Positions 29,330 through 44,098 of a stretch of DNA of 64,000 nt are shown piece by piece. The position numbers and the translations under genes are program-made. The notes below the pieces were generated by a model, which saw only the letters and a program-made list of their open reading frames with translations, had not been told where the DNA came from and made no database searches. Numbering within the stretch: position 1 is the stretch's first letter; each line of letters starts with the position of its first letter. Source of the stretch: Eledone cirrhosa (taxonomy: Eukaryota); assembly GCA_964016885.1 (NCBI GenBank), contig OZ024743.1, positions 295,802,001 through 295,866,000 on the forward strand, written 5' to 3'.

Positions 29330-30410
29330 AACTAACAGCGCTGCGATCGAATGCCGCTTTTTAGCCCAGCCAATGATCTAAAATGTCTTGCACAGAGTTG
29401 GCACCCGAAATATTCACTGGGAATAGCTGGCTGAGGGTGGCAACAGGCCACTTTACCGGTCAGGTATAGCGGCCTAGGCCTCCGGTCCCCGATCTCACTA
29501 GCTTTGCCGGCGTATCTTTCGTCGGTAACCTCGTGCCGCGTCCTCGTCAGCAGGGTTCTTCAAAACACAACATGACCCTCTGTGTTCAGAGAACGTGAGG
29601 CCAGTAGACGTCCCTCCTCCTTCTCCCCCTGTTGACGTCAAGTCCCCCCAACGCACTTGGGATGCCATCCAGTGCAACCTTGCCTCAGACAGGCTCACGC
29701 GCCAGCTCGACCAGCTCCGCCTTGCTTGTTTTCGTGCGGCCTCCAAACTCCAAACGCCTGGCTCCATGCTCTGCCCTCATACTCCACTGGTACGCAGCTA
29801 GTCAACCATAGCTTACGAATCGGCGTTTCCCTGAGGCTCGGCCTCCGGATCTGCCAGCCACACCAATGTCGCTGCGGTTCCACCGTGGACTCTTTCGGCC
29901 TCGACCCGCTTTCCTGTCGCCACAGTGGCGGCCGCATTCCACGCCATACTGCCCTCAACGAGGTGATTAAGCATGGCTTGGACGCTGCAGGCTTCCCTTC
30001 CCAGCTCGAGCCGGTGGGGCTGGATTGAGGGGACGGCAAAAGGCCAGATGGCATCACCATCTTCCCGTTCCGCGGTGGCAAACCCCTCGTCTGCGATGCC
30101 ACTTGCACCGACACTTTCTGCAACCGCAACCTGGGGCAGTCTGCGACTGACCCAGGTTCTGCTGCACGTCGGGCTGAGGGGGGCCAAACTCCTTACCGGT
30201 TGCTCTCCGACAGGTTTGCGGTCTTTCCCCTGGCAGTGGAAACTTCTGGTGTCCTCGGCCCCAGGGCTACCTGCTTACTCACCACCATAGGCGCTGAGCT
30301 GGCCAGCCGTAGGTGTGAGCCCCGCGAGTTGGAGTGGCTTTTCCAGCCGTCCTTCGGGGAAACGCCTTCTCCATTCTGTCCGCCGGGGCTGTGGGTGGGC
30401 CCCATCGCTT
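29330..30410 (+). mobile_element. Decayed CRE-like non-LTR retrotransposon (zinc knuckle plus restriction-like endonuclease)
   Basis: AWLHALP...[16 protein letters not shown]...LSC....GRIPRH..LNEVI...EPVGL*GDGKRPDGITIFPF..GKPLVCDATCTDT...FPLAVETSGVLG: CCHC-type knuckle and PD..D nuclease. Confidence 0.85.
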
Positions 30411-30429
30411 ACCAATACATTAGTTAAAT

Positions 30430-31511
30430 ACCATTCTTTCATCTCATACATATATACATGATTACTTGTAGCCTGGTCAGTTGGAGTTCATGTACTTTTG
30501 CATGTCGCTTGAGCCCTCCTGCTGATTTACATTCTCTACCACATGTTTTGCAAGCATGATGAGTAGCATCTCCAACAGCAGCCTGGTACTCAACCACTGG
30601 TCTTAATTTATGACTGCGAAGATGACTTTCGAATCCAGCTTTGCTTAGGCAGAATCTCGCACAGACGCTGCATGTCAGCACCACAGGAGGACTCTCTCCG
30701 TCTGGAAGTGCAACAGCAATGCCCTTCCTCACATCCCGCTTTACTTTCTCGTATGCGATTCGAGATGCCTCAAAGGTAACTTTTCCCTCATATACAGTCT
30801 TTCTCCATTTATTACGATCAGCAGCAATATTTTCCCATGTATCAGCAGTGATGTTAGCGTCTTTCAAAGAGGCTTTCAAGGAATCCTTATACCTCTTTTT
30901 TGGTTTATGTGGCGGTTGTTTTCCTTTAACTAACTCTCCATAAAAGAGTTGTTTTGGTATCTAGAATCCTTCATCCTGGCAAGGTGACCACTCCAACGGA
31001 GTCGTTGCTTATGCACAAGAGTTTCTATACTGTCACACATGGAACTTTCCAAAATCTCGACATCACTGATGTGGTCCCTCCAGTGAAATATATACTAACA
31101 TACATGGTGGCTGCCAACTCGTTTTCGAGTACGGGCACTACTCTATATCCATGTAGGAGAAGCCCTACCGATGCACTAAACGAGTGTGACTTTTTAGTCT
31201 AGCCAGCGACTTGAAAACTCTGGTACAAACATTACACCTGTGACAATTATTGACACATAGTGCTGGGCCCATGGTACCATGTGACGACAAGGGCAGAGAG
31301 ATCTCCAGATATAAAGCAATGCCTGTGCCGTGAAGCTTTTATAGTGAACAAAGGCACTGCACAAAGCCAGTCCCACTCTCTTAACCAAGATGATATTTAC
31401 CAAAAAGAAGAACAAGTCAACATCATTGGATACCATCAGGGTTGCAGGTGTTATATCAGAGTTCTCCTTCTCCTAGAATTCTGCCTTGACAAAGGCTAAG
31501 GGGTCATCTCT
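30430..31511 (-). mobile_element. 3' part of an RTE/BovB-type LINE with two C-terminal C2H2 zinc fingers
   Basis: KRYKDSLKASLK...WENIAADRNKWRK followed by CSVCARFCLSKAGFESHLRSH and CKTCGRECKSAGGLKRHAKVH. Confidence 0.85.
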
Positions 31512-31544
31512 CATACATACATATATACATATATACATATATAC

Positions 31545-31638
<94 letters not shown>

Positions 31639-31674
31639 ATAATAATAAATTTGAAAACTTTAATCTGTTATTTA

Positions 31675-31734
<60 letters not shown>

Positions 31735-34700
31735 CCGGCCATCCGGCCATTTATCGCTCGTATACAGGAAACTGACTGGCCAGTCTGCTGATATGAAAAT
31801 CTGGCTGATCAGTCACTGTGTATTTTTGAAAATAGCATATATTTTCACTAGCTCTGGCAGTTTGCCAGGTAAACCATGTGATGTACTGATGAAGCGTGAT
31901 ACCCAGAAACATTAGTGTATGCAGTTCTGTTCACATGCTACACAAGAGCAAGAATGAAGGGTTCATTCTACTGACATGGCTATAAAATTGAGGCTTGTTT
32001 GCATAATTGCAAATGAATCGAATGTTATTATTAATATTCAAGCAACTCAGATTACATTTATTGTATTCAACCATGTAGAGCGAAAAAAAAGTTACTCTTT
32101 TTATTCATATATATATATATATAATTTATAGCTTATGTGCATATATAACAGATTCAGATTCTGCAAAGGTGTTTCCTTTATTTAAATAAATAAAATTTGC
32201 ATAAAATTTATTTTTTTCTATATCTTGAACTTTTTTCCGGTTAAAGGTTGAACAGTTGTACTTTCTGAATGTTTTTGATATATCTATAGATCGTTTGCAT
32301 CTGAAAGCATTTAATATTTCGGTTTCTGAATATTTAAAATGTTATTGTTTCAGTTTCATGCTAATAATCGTATTACGGATGGAAATGTAATTACTACCAC
32401 AAACACAAAATACACTTCAAATTTGTTAGTTTTTTCATTGTTTTTGTTTTGTATGTTGTTGGTTAGTCAGGGATAAAGAGCAAAGTCTCTGTTGGAAGTG
32501 TGAGGAAGGATGAAGATATCCTCAAAACGGAGACCTGATCCTATTGTTTGCAACATTGTGAACTTCATTAAATGCCCCCGGCGACCAGGTTTTGGTGTAA
32601 ATAGAACGACAGTTTCACCACTCAAATAAGGTATATGTAGATTTGAGAACAGAACGTAAAGAGCTGAAACAAATACCGTATGGTCTAACAATTTCTCCAT
32701 TACACTACACTGGACCTAACCCTAACCTAAAGTTATCTACTGCGAATGAATGAATGGTAAAGATGATTTCAGCCAGATTTGAACGCAGTGCGAAGAGAGC
32801 AGAAACAAATAAGGCACGGCCTTTGTTCTCTGCTGTAACGAAATACATTTAGTATTTAAAAAGTACAACTCGAAGTGGGATAACACTAATTCGTTTCTGA
32901 TTTTAAGATAAAAAAAAATTGAAATAAATATATTTATCTGAAGATTCTTAATGTCTAGTGTTCAAAACAAACTTTCGAATGAATATTTTGAAAAATGTCA
33001 GACGAACTTTTAAAAAAAATCCATGCTAAAAGGTATAATTGCCAGATACATTCGTAAATGAAAGTTTTTTGGAGGGAGAGACAGAAAAAAAGAGAAAGTA
33101 TAGGAACCCATAGCAACATTTGTAATGATACTGTGTATTTTATATCATTACCTCATTCACACTCTCACCCCTTTACTCTTTCTCTCTCTCTCACACACAC
33201 TCACACACCCTTTCTCTTTCCCTCACTCTCTTTCTCACTTTCTTTGAAATGTATCTTAACATCCTAGATGTATCAATTCATGTACTAAACTTTTATGGTT
33301 TCTGTCTGTGTATGTGATTCTATATATCTATTTAATTATATATGTGTGTTTGTCGGTTAAATCGCAAATGAAAGTTGTGTCTTACCATAATTACAATAGT
33401 ATTTTGCAACCAATCATTGCAGTTGCATCTCTCTGAAGTAAATACATATATAGATACAGTTATTGGTTCCCTATAAAATATATACAAAACTATTTAGTTC
33501 CTATATGTAAACACTAACTAACGTGTGTACCTGCTTGACTTCGAAAGTCGCAAAAAAAATGTTATGGTTTAGAAGAACATAAGAAAAGAGTTCAAATATG
33601 TTATATTTATTGAATATGCGTGTAAAACAGTTGTGTGTCACTAGGTACGGAATAATGAATGTGTAAAGCAGTTTTCATACATAAGTGTAAAACATTACGT
33701 TCACACATAGCAATAATATCCTTGAGAAAACTACCAGCGTATTAATGTGATTGGTTTTCTGTTGGTAGATATCTACAATCAAAAAGTGAAAATCACTTCC
33801 TTCAGCCAATCACGTTTCTAGAATATATAAATTGATATATTTGTTACACTTCCTTGTGGAAGATAAATTGCAATATCTTACTACATTTACTATCTTTTTA
33901 TGGGGTGTATAGAATTATGTGACGGCATTAAGTGATAAGCGTTGCAACAAATAACAATTTCTTTTATAGTTTTTGCGACCATTCTTCTATGATGGCATGG
34001 GTTAGACGAAGTTAGGAGAATGTGTTTTTTTTCCTCTTCCAAAATGAGGTTGCTCACTCCTCGAACAAAGGACGTTATGAGTATTCTCCCACCACCGTTT
34101 TCTAGGCGGAACAGCCGAATCAGAGAGAATCAACGCAGATAAACAGACTAGAATCAATCCTAATTCTTTATTTATTGACTCGAAAATGGTGAAGGACAAA
34201 GTTGAACAAGATGGAATTTGAACTCAGAGCGCGGGGAGTGTAAGCAAAACATTTTATTTGACAACCTAACAACTCTGCCAATTTGCTTCTTAGCCAACTA
34301 TTTATGTTATTATGCATTTTAAAACTCTTGAATGTTCATATAAAACCATAGTTTTGACTTTACTCTTCTTATGCTTATAATCAATAAATAATTATGTTTA
34401 ATAATATTTCATCCAATTAAGAGTCATGACAGCCCTCCACGTCGAGACACATGTCTAGTCAAACGATAGTAATATTAAAAACTAATTTTTAAAAAAAGAG
34501 GGAGAAATTATAATTTTTGAAGAATATGTTGAGGTATATATTTTAACACTCAATGTTTCAATTTAAAATCCCCTGGGTTCAACTTTTATCCCAAAAGATT
34601 CTATTCAATAGGTATCAGTGTTGTCTTTTTTATCGGTAAATTCCACGTGCAAAAGAGTACAAAACAACATAAACATATTTTCTCTATTTATCCCTGGTCA

Positions 34701-36247
34701 TTGTCATTGAATTGAGTTCTGCTCATGAGTGATATTGAAACCATTCTAAGATATGATCCATCCATCAACCAGTGGAGTGTCTTCGGGTTTCCAGGTATTA
34801 CAACATGCAGTCATGTTTTCGAGGGACCGATATTGCAATAGAATCCATTAACTGAATAATTCCCAGTATTCTGTTAGGTATTTATCAATAACTTGCTTAC
34901 CTAGTAACGTTAGCAAATTTTACTGCCTTAACATATAGTACTTCTAACTTATTATTGATACAGATTGTAAAATTAATACTTAGCAGCCAGAAATGGATTT
35001 AATCTCAAGGAATAAAAATGCACCGACAGAGACGATTAGACATGACAATTAGTGTTTGAGAAATGAAGTATTAAACTAATTATCGGGCTGGACTGGATAC
35101 ACTTTTCAATTACAACTACTCGAAACATCTCTATGTATCTTTAACATAGATTATATTCGATTAGAAAATAATATAATGTTGAGGAGCCAGGCATCACATA
35201 TTGGTTAAAGAGTTCGTGTTGCTATCGGGAGATGCCAACTTCGAAACAACTGCGTGGCAACTTAGGCTGGTGTTTTACCAGACCTTGAAGTTGTTTTGAG
35301 CATTGTGAGTGAAATTCAGTTGAGAAAGACTGTTTGAAAGCCTGTCAGGTGGATTGTACCGGTAAATTCAAAGGCCTAGCATTATCACTTATCACAAGCT
35401 GATTCAGCACGGTAACTATGTTAAGGATACATGTGTATGTGGACTACACAAACACGTACACGTTAATTCAGGAGATGCACGTTTAATGTATCAAAGGACT
35501 GAGTATATATCGTCAAAAGCTTAGGCGAGGTATTGTTTTATATATTGAAAGTTGTTGCCCAGTCGTTATCTATTATAATCAAGAAGTAATAGCATCTCTC
35601 TGTGTTTTGTACACCGACAGATGCAATCATAATGATCGGAGATGTACAAGTGACTTGACTTGAGGTGTATTGAAACTGAATCAATCACATCGTTGAAGAG
35701 TTATATTTCCCATTCAAAAAATAGAAAAGAAAACTGATACTTAACTTTTCATTTATTTTATTATGTCAACATTCTATCGCACTCTTTCCTTCCTGATTAC
35801 CGAGACAATGAAGCACATTTTAAATCCTGTGTTTTTAATGGCTTAAGCGAATCTTCTACGATATAATATTATTGTCATTTAAATAATACTTGCGACAAGC
35901 AATAAGATCTTATATAGAGAGGCAATTTGGTAGAATTGTTAGAACGTCAGATAGAATTCTTAGTGATATTTTTGCTGGTTCTTTTGCTTTGAGTTCAAAG
36001 GCAATCGAAATAAATTTGCCTTTCATCCTTTCGAGATTGATTAAAATGAACCATTCAAACACTCTGATCTACTCTCTCTTGTGTGGATACACACAAATAC
36101 ATACAACCATACATACATACATGCATGCATGTAAACATACATGTAAACATAGATACATGTATGTAAGCATACTTGAATAAATAAACACACACATACACAC
36201 ACACGCACACACACACACACAAACACACACACAAACACACACACACT

Positions 36248-36283
<36 letters not shown>

Positions 36284-36892
36284 GATATAGATATATATAT
36301 ATATATATGTAACATTTTATAGCCTAGTGTAGTCAAAACGAGATACTTTTATATATATTAAAATAGATTCAGTTATTAACCTCGTGACTTTCAGCCTTTT
36401 ATTCTACTGATATTTATATAACACTATAGAAATAAATTTTAATAACCGATGGTTAAATGGGTATTCGATAAGGCTTATTGAATACCTGAGATGAATGATA
36501 GATGGTGGATAGTCGTATGTTAGATCACAATCACTGTGTCAGTGATTTATTGATTTCTTTTTAAACATATGCAATACTTCTCTTTGTGAGGTATTAGTGG
36601 ATACAATCGATTGGATAGCTTATAAAAATGTATTGGTACTGCATTATCAATTTTGTATTGGTGAAGGATTGAAGTATGGCACGGTAGTAATGACTAAATA
36701 TACTGAACTAGGGATTCAGTTATGCCCTGATGTAATATTAAAACAGAGAATGCTTATGACCTTCATATATATATATAAAGAGAGAGAGAAACACACACAC
36801 ACGCGCGCGCGCGTATATATATATATAAGTTTATTCCAGGTTCAATAGGGGGTAACCACAGTAAGTAAAGTACTAAATACATAGCAGAGTAT

Positions 36893-37020
36893 AAATATTT
36901 AATATAGAAATGGCTTCTACAAAACTAGAACTGTTTCATTCGGGAGAAATCATCAGGAAGCCCTGATGATTTCTCCCGAAGGAAACAGTTCTAATCCTGT
37001 AGAAGCCATTTCTATATTAA

Positions 37021-37024
<4 letters not shown>
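36893..37024. repeat. ~130-bp palindrome made of two back-to-back hammerhead motifs
   Basis: aatatttaatatagaaatggcttctaca...catcagg aagc cctgatg...tgtagaagccatttctatattaaatat. Confidence 0.9.
36912..36962 (-). ncRNA. Type-I hammerhead ribozyme
   Basis: GGCUUC-CUGAUGA-UUUC UCCC GAAU-GAAACAG UUCUAGUU UUGUA^GAAGCC. The plus-strand partner at 36963-37007 lacks the 5' strand of stem I. Confidence 0.8.
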
Positions 37025-37113
<89 letters not shown>

Positions 37114-37286
37114 GGGGGGGGGGAGAAAAAGGATGAAGAATTGATTACGTGTATTTAGGCGTTTATTTTCTATTGACTTGTTGCACACGTTTCGTGGAGG
37201 ATTGACTCAAAACCATCCATAGCAATATTGGCCCCGGTTCGAGACAGAGAAGGGGAATGGAAGAGAGAGAGGGCTGGTGGTGTTGT

Positions 37287-37335
<49 letters not shown>

Positions 37336-37467
37336 GTTATATAGTAAGGTGTATTATTGGTTGTGTAAAACGGTCCAATAAATTGTTGTCAGCAATATTA
37401 AGTTCTCCACCTTTAGTATATCTCCAATTTCATTCAAGGGAACAGCTAGATGATGTAAAACGGAGTA

Positions 37468-40505
<3,038 letters not shown>

Positions 40506-40872
40506 ATATGTGTGTCTGTGTATATGTGTGTGTGTGTCTACGACCAGTGCATATAGATCACAGACACCCACATACACACACATATATATATATATATGTA
40601 TACACACACACACATTTATATATATAAATACACACACGGATATATATGGGTCGTCCAGATTCATTTCACATTATATACCCGTCTCTGTATATGTTAGTTA
40701 TTTAAAAATGATTTTTAAGTGAACATGATGTTAAAAAGATATTTTGAAGTGAACGTGACCCGTTGGGTCACGGGTGGTCTAGTATATAATAAAATTAACG
40801 AAGATCGCTGGTATTAAATCAATGAACTTCGGCCAGTGTCAGGCGAATATATATATATAAAAGAGTAAAAGA

Positions 40873-40905
<33 letters not shown>

Positions 40906-40917
40906 AAAAGGTTCAGG

Positions 40918-41011
40918 ACCCCGACGGCAGAGCTGAAGCCGTTTCGACGGCTATTTCTGGACTAAATTAGATTTGAAACGTGGTAATAAATAGCCGAACC
41001 TTTCAAGGAGT
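40918..41011 (-). ncRNA. Hammerhead of the U3-A8 family (UUGAAAG core in this copy)
   Basis: ACUCC-UUGAAAG-GUUCGGCUAUUU...AAAUAGCCGUC-GAAACGGC UUCAGCUCU GCCGUC^GGGGU. Confidence 0.7.
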
Positions 41012-41593
41012 AATTCCATATATGGGCATGCGATAATCATGCATATCTGAAGGTTGTAGTTGTCAAAAGCATTGGTCAAAATTTCTTGTAAACAGAGTTA
41101 AATCTTTCATTCATGCATGAATGAATACACTAAGCTTTAGATTTTATAGAAAGTACAACCACAGATTCCAACCAACATCATATATTTTGGTTTCTATCAA
41201 TTCCCTGGGGAATTGGTTGACCAAATGCTTTGCTTAATTGTTTTATGTTTATTTATTTAAAAAATTAATATTTAAAAATTTAAAAAAATGTAATTTTTTA
41301 ATTTTTATTTTTTAAGATTCCTTAGAATTAAGATTCCTGTAGAATTCTTTTTTCGCTTGCTTTCTAGCTAGCCTATTTCATCAACACTCCTTAGAATTTG
41401 CTGTATAGAACTTACTTTCAACGCCTGGCCGGCATCACCCACTCCCTCATTGTTCTACAGGCAAGTCCTCCACCTCCACCCTTTACCCACCGCCATGAAA
41501 GATTTAACTGTATTTACAAGAAAGTTTGACCAATCCTTCTGACAACTACAACCTTCAGAAATGCATGATTATCGCATGCCCATATATGGAATT

Positions 41594-41687
41594 ACCCCTT
41601 GAAAAGTTCGGCTATCTATTACTACGCTAAAAATCTAATTTAGTCCAGAAATAGCCGTCGAAACGGCTTCATCTCTGCCGTCAGGGT
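41594..41687 (+). ncRNA. Hammerhead with U3-A8 variant core (UUGAAAA)
   Basis: ACCCC-UUGAAAA-GUUCGGCUAU...AUAGCCGUC-GAAACGGC UUCAUCUCU GCCGUC^AGGGU. Confidence 0.75.
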
Positions 41688-41912
41688 CCTGAACCTTTTC
41701 CTGTATATTTATATATGTATATATATATATATCCTCTTTTACTCTTTTATATATATATTCGCCTGACACTGGCCGAAGTTCATTGATTTAATACCAGTGA
41801 TCTTCGTTAATTTTATTATATACTAGACCACCCGTGACCCAACGGGTCACGTTCACTTCAAAATATATTTTTAACATCATGTTCATACATATATAGACAC
41901 ACACACACACAA

Positions 41913-41988
<76 letters not shown>

Positions 41989-42125
41989 TTACACATACAC
42001 ACGAACTACCCACCACAAAAAGACTTGTGACAAACAAACAAACTAAAGCACACTCATACCACGCTACAAAAGCAAACAAAAGAACTTTGACAATATATAA
42101 ACAACCATCCGGTTATATAAGTATC

Positions 42126-43006
42126 CTAGCAGCGTTACTCGGCGTTGCACGGGATAAGGTATTTTGGAACACGGGCCGCCAATAGATCTAAAAACTGCAT
42201 GCCTGGACAATATGTAACGAAAATAAACCGAATACTCTGATGATTTTCCGCGATGAAGAGGAAACATGCAGGTTTTCACCTAGGGGATCAAGAAAATGAA
42301 TTTTTTATGTGCATAATATGCCTTGAAATTTCAGGAAAATCGGCTAGAAATAACGCCTCCAAAAAGCCCTAAGAAGTTGAAAAAATGAAGTATTTCACCT
42401 AATGCGGGCCCTAGGCCAGAAGAAAGTTGGATTTTCTTTGCTTACGGTATGAAGAAGAGACTGACTAATACATAGTTACAATTTCAATGGAAATCGGTCT
42501 GACGTAACGCCTCAAAAAACCGCTAAAAATGTTAAACAACGCAGTTTTTCACCTGATGCGGGCCCTAGGAGATAAAAAAAAGTTGAATTTTTTATGTGCA
42601 TACCACTCCCTGAAACAAGTAATACACATGTAAAATTTAAAAAAAGTCGGTTGGATACTTCTCGAGTTTTAGGGATTCAAACTCACACACACACACACAC
42701 ACACATTTTCAAGGTAGTGACGTAATGTAGACAGACAGACATTTAGACAGATATTATAAGGGTGCGACGTTATAAGTATGTATCTATCTAAAAAGAGAAA
42801 GACTAAGAATTATAGAGCGAGATCGCTAAATCGCCTAATGTGGTCCCTGGGGCATAGAAAATTTGAAATTTCTTTTGCTCGGAACACTCCCTGAAACATA
42901 AGTTTTACATGTGTAAAGTTTGAAAACAGTCGTTTGCGTAGTTCTCGAGTTTTAGGGATTCGAACTCACACACACACAGACAGACATTCTCAGTTTTATA
43001 TATAGA
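42126..43006 (-). mobile_element. Non-autonomous Helitron-type element with internal repeats
   Basis: Minus-strand start a|TCtatatataaaa..(gtct)n; end hairpin cccgtgcaacgccgag...CTAG. tctcgagttttagggattc.aactcacacac is duplicated internally. Confidence 0.72.
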
Positions 43007-43077
43007 TAAATATTTACATTTCTCAAAGTATTGAATTATTTAAGACTATTCAACAGAGTTCGTAATATAATCGGCTT

Positions 43078-43135
43078 GTCTCCCCACAACCCCGGCGGAC
43101 ACAATAGAGAAGGCGTTTCCCCGATGGACGGCCTA
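43078..43135 (-). mobile_element. Short 3'-end fragment of the CRE-like family
   Basis: Its reverse complement matches about 30345-30398. Confidence 0.7.
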
Positions 43136-43194
43136 CTGACCAAATAATGTTTAATGCTTAAAGAAATCTGTCAAATCAATTAGTGGTAAAGGTG

Positions 43195-43303
<109 letters not shown>

Positions 43304-43304
43304 G

Positions 43305-43401
43305 GAACCAGTAAGACCCCGACAGCTGAGCTCAAGCCGTTTCGACGGCAGAATTAGCCGTCGAAACGGCTTGAGCTCAGCTGTCGGGGTCTTACTGGTT
43401 C
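43305..43401. repeat. Perfect 45-bp-arm hairpin made of two half-hammerheads (U3-A8 family)
   Basis: Arms 43305-43349 and 43357-43401 are exact reverse complements. Each reads GCCGUC-GAAACGGC..GCUGUC^GGGGU. Confidence 0.92.
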
Positions 43402-43481
43402 ATATTACCCACTCTACTACCTCAAGTATTGAGTACTTTGGTGCGTTATGGTCCACCTGGTTCCTTACCACATTTCCTTCG

Positions 43482-43529
<48 letters not shown>

Positions 43530-43708
43530 ATAAATTAACGGAGGCATAGGCCCTCGCTATTCCTTGTAAATAGCTATTTCAGAGCACCAAGTCTAATTTT
43601 CAATTTCTGCTTGTCCGGCAACCGCTCTGTATAATCAGTTCCTGATTATTACTAAGAATTCTATAAGAATCAAACATTCATGATTTTCACCAAACAGGAG
43701 GAGTAGTT

Positions 43709-43753
43709 AGCTTTGATAAGCATTAAAAAATTCGAAACAGAGCTCTGTCAGCT
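43709..43753 (+). ncRNA. Hammerhead with U3-A8 variant core (UUGAUAA)
   Basis: AGCU-UUGAUAA-GCAUU AAAA AAUUC-GAAACAG AGCU CUGUC^AGCU. Confidence 0.68.
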
Positions 43754-43878
43754 TTATCTCCCCTGTGTGCTGAAAATTAAAGTAAGTGAGAATGTCACTA
43801 CTCTAAAACAATAGCATAAGGTCTTCGAAATGCTTTTAATTAAGCATACAGTGTATTGCAAAATACACTATATATACA

Positions 43879-44009
<131 letters not shown>

Positions 44010-44098
44010 CATGAATCAAAGTTCTGTTTAAATCATTTATTTGCTTACAATTGTTTCTTCCAAACCGAGGTTTCAACACAAGAGACATATAGAAACAT

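Larger units (their letters stand above)
40720..41885. mobile_element. Composite inverted-repeat element (~390-bp arms, ~385-bp spacer)
   Basis: 40720-41110 is the reverse complement of 41496-41885. Each arm holds an HHR, a (TA)n tract and a Helitron-like 3' end. Confidence 0.9.

Noticed and set aside
32716-32730. Telomeric repeat cctaaccctaacct
   Set aside because: Only about two units, not enough to call an interstitial telomeric array.
34725-34841. Kelch-like peptide ILRYDPSINQWSVFG
   Set aside because: There is an in-frame stop four codons upstream, the acceptor is weak and no other kelch repeats were found; probably chance.
37160-37230. Hammerhead on the minus strand (GAAAC..GUC)
   Set aside because: No recognisable CUGANGA-like strand or stem I partner is present.
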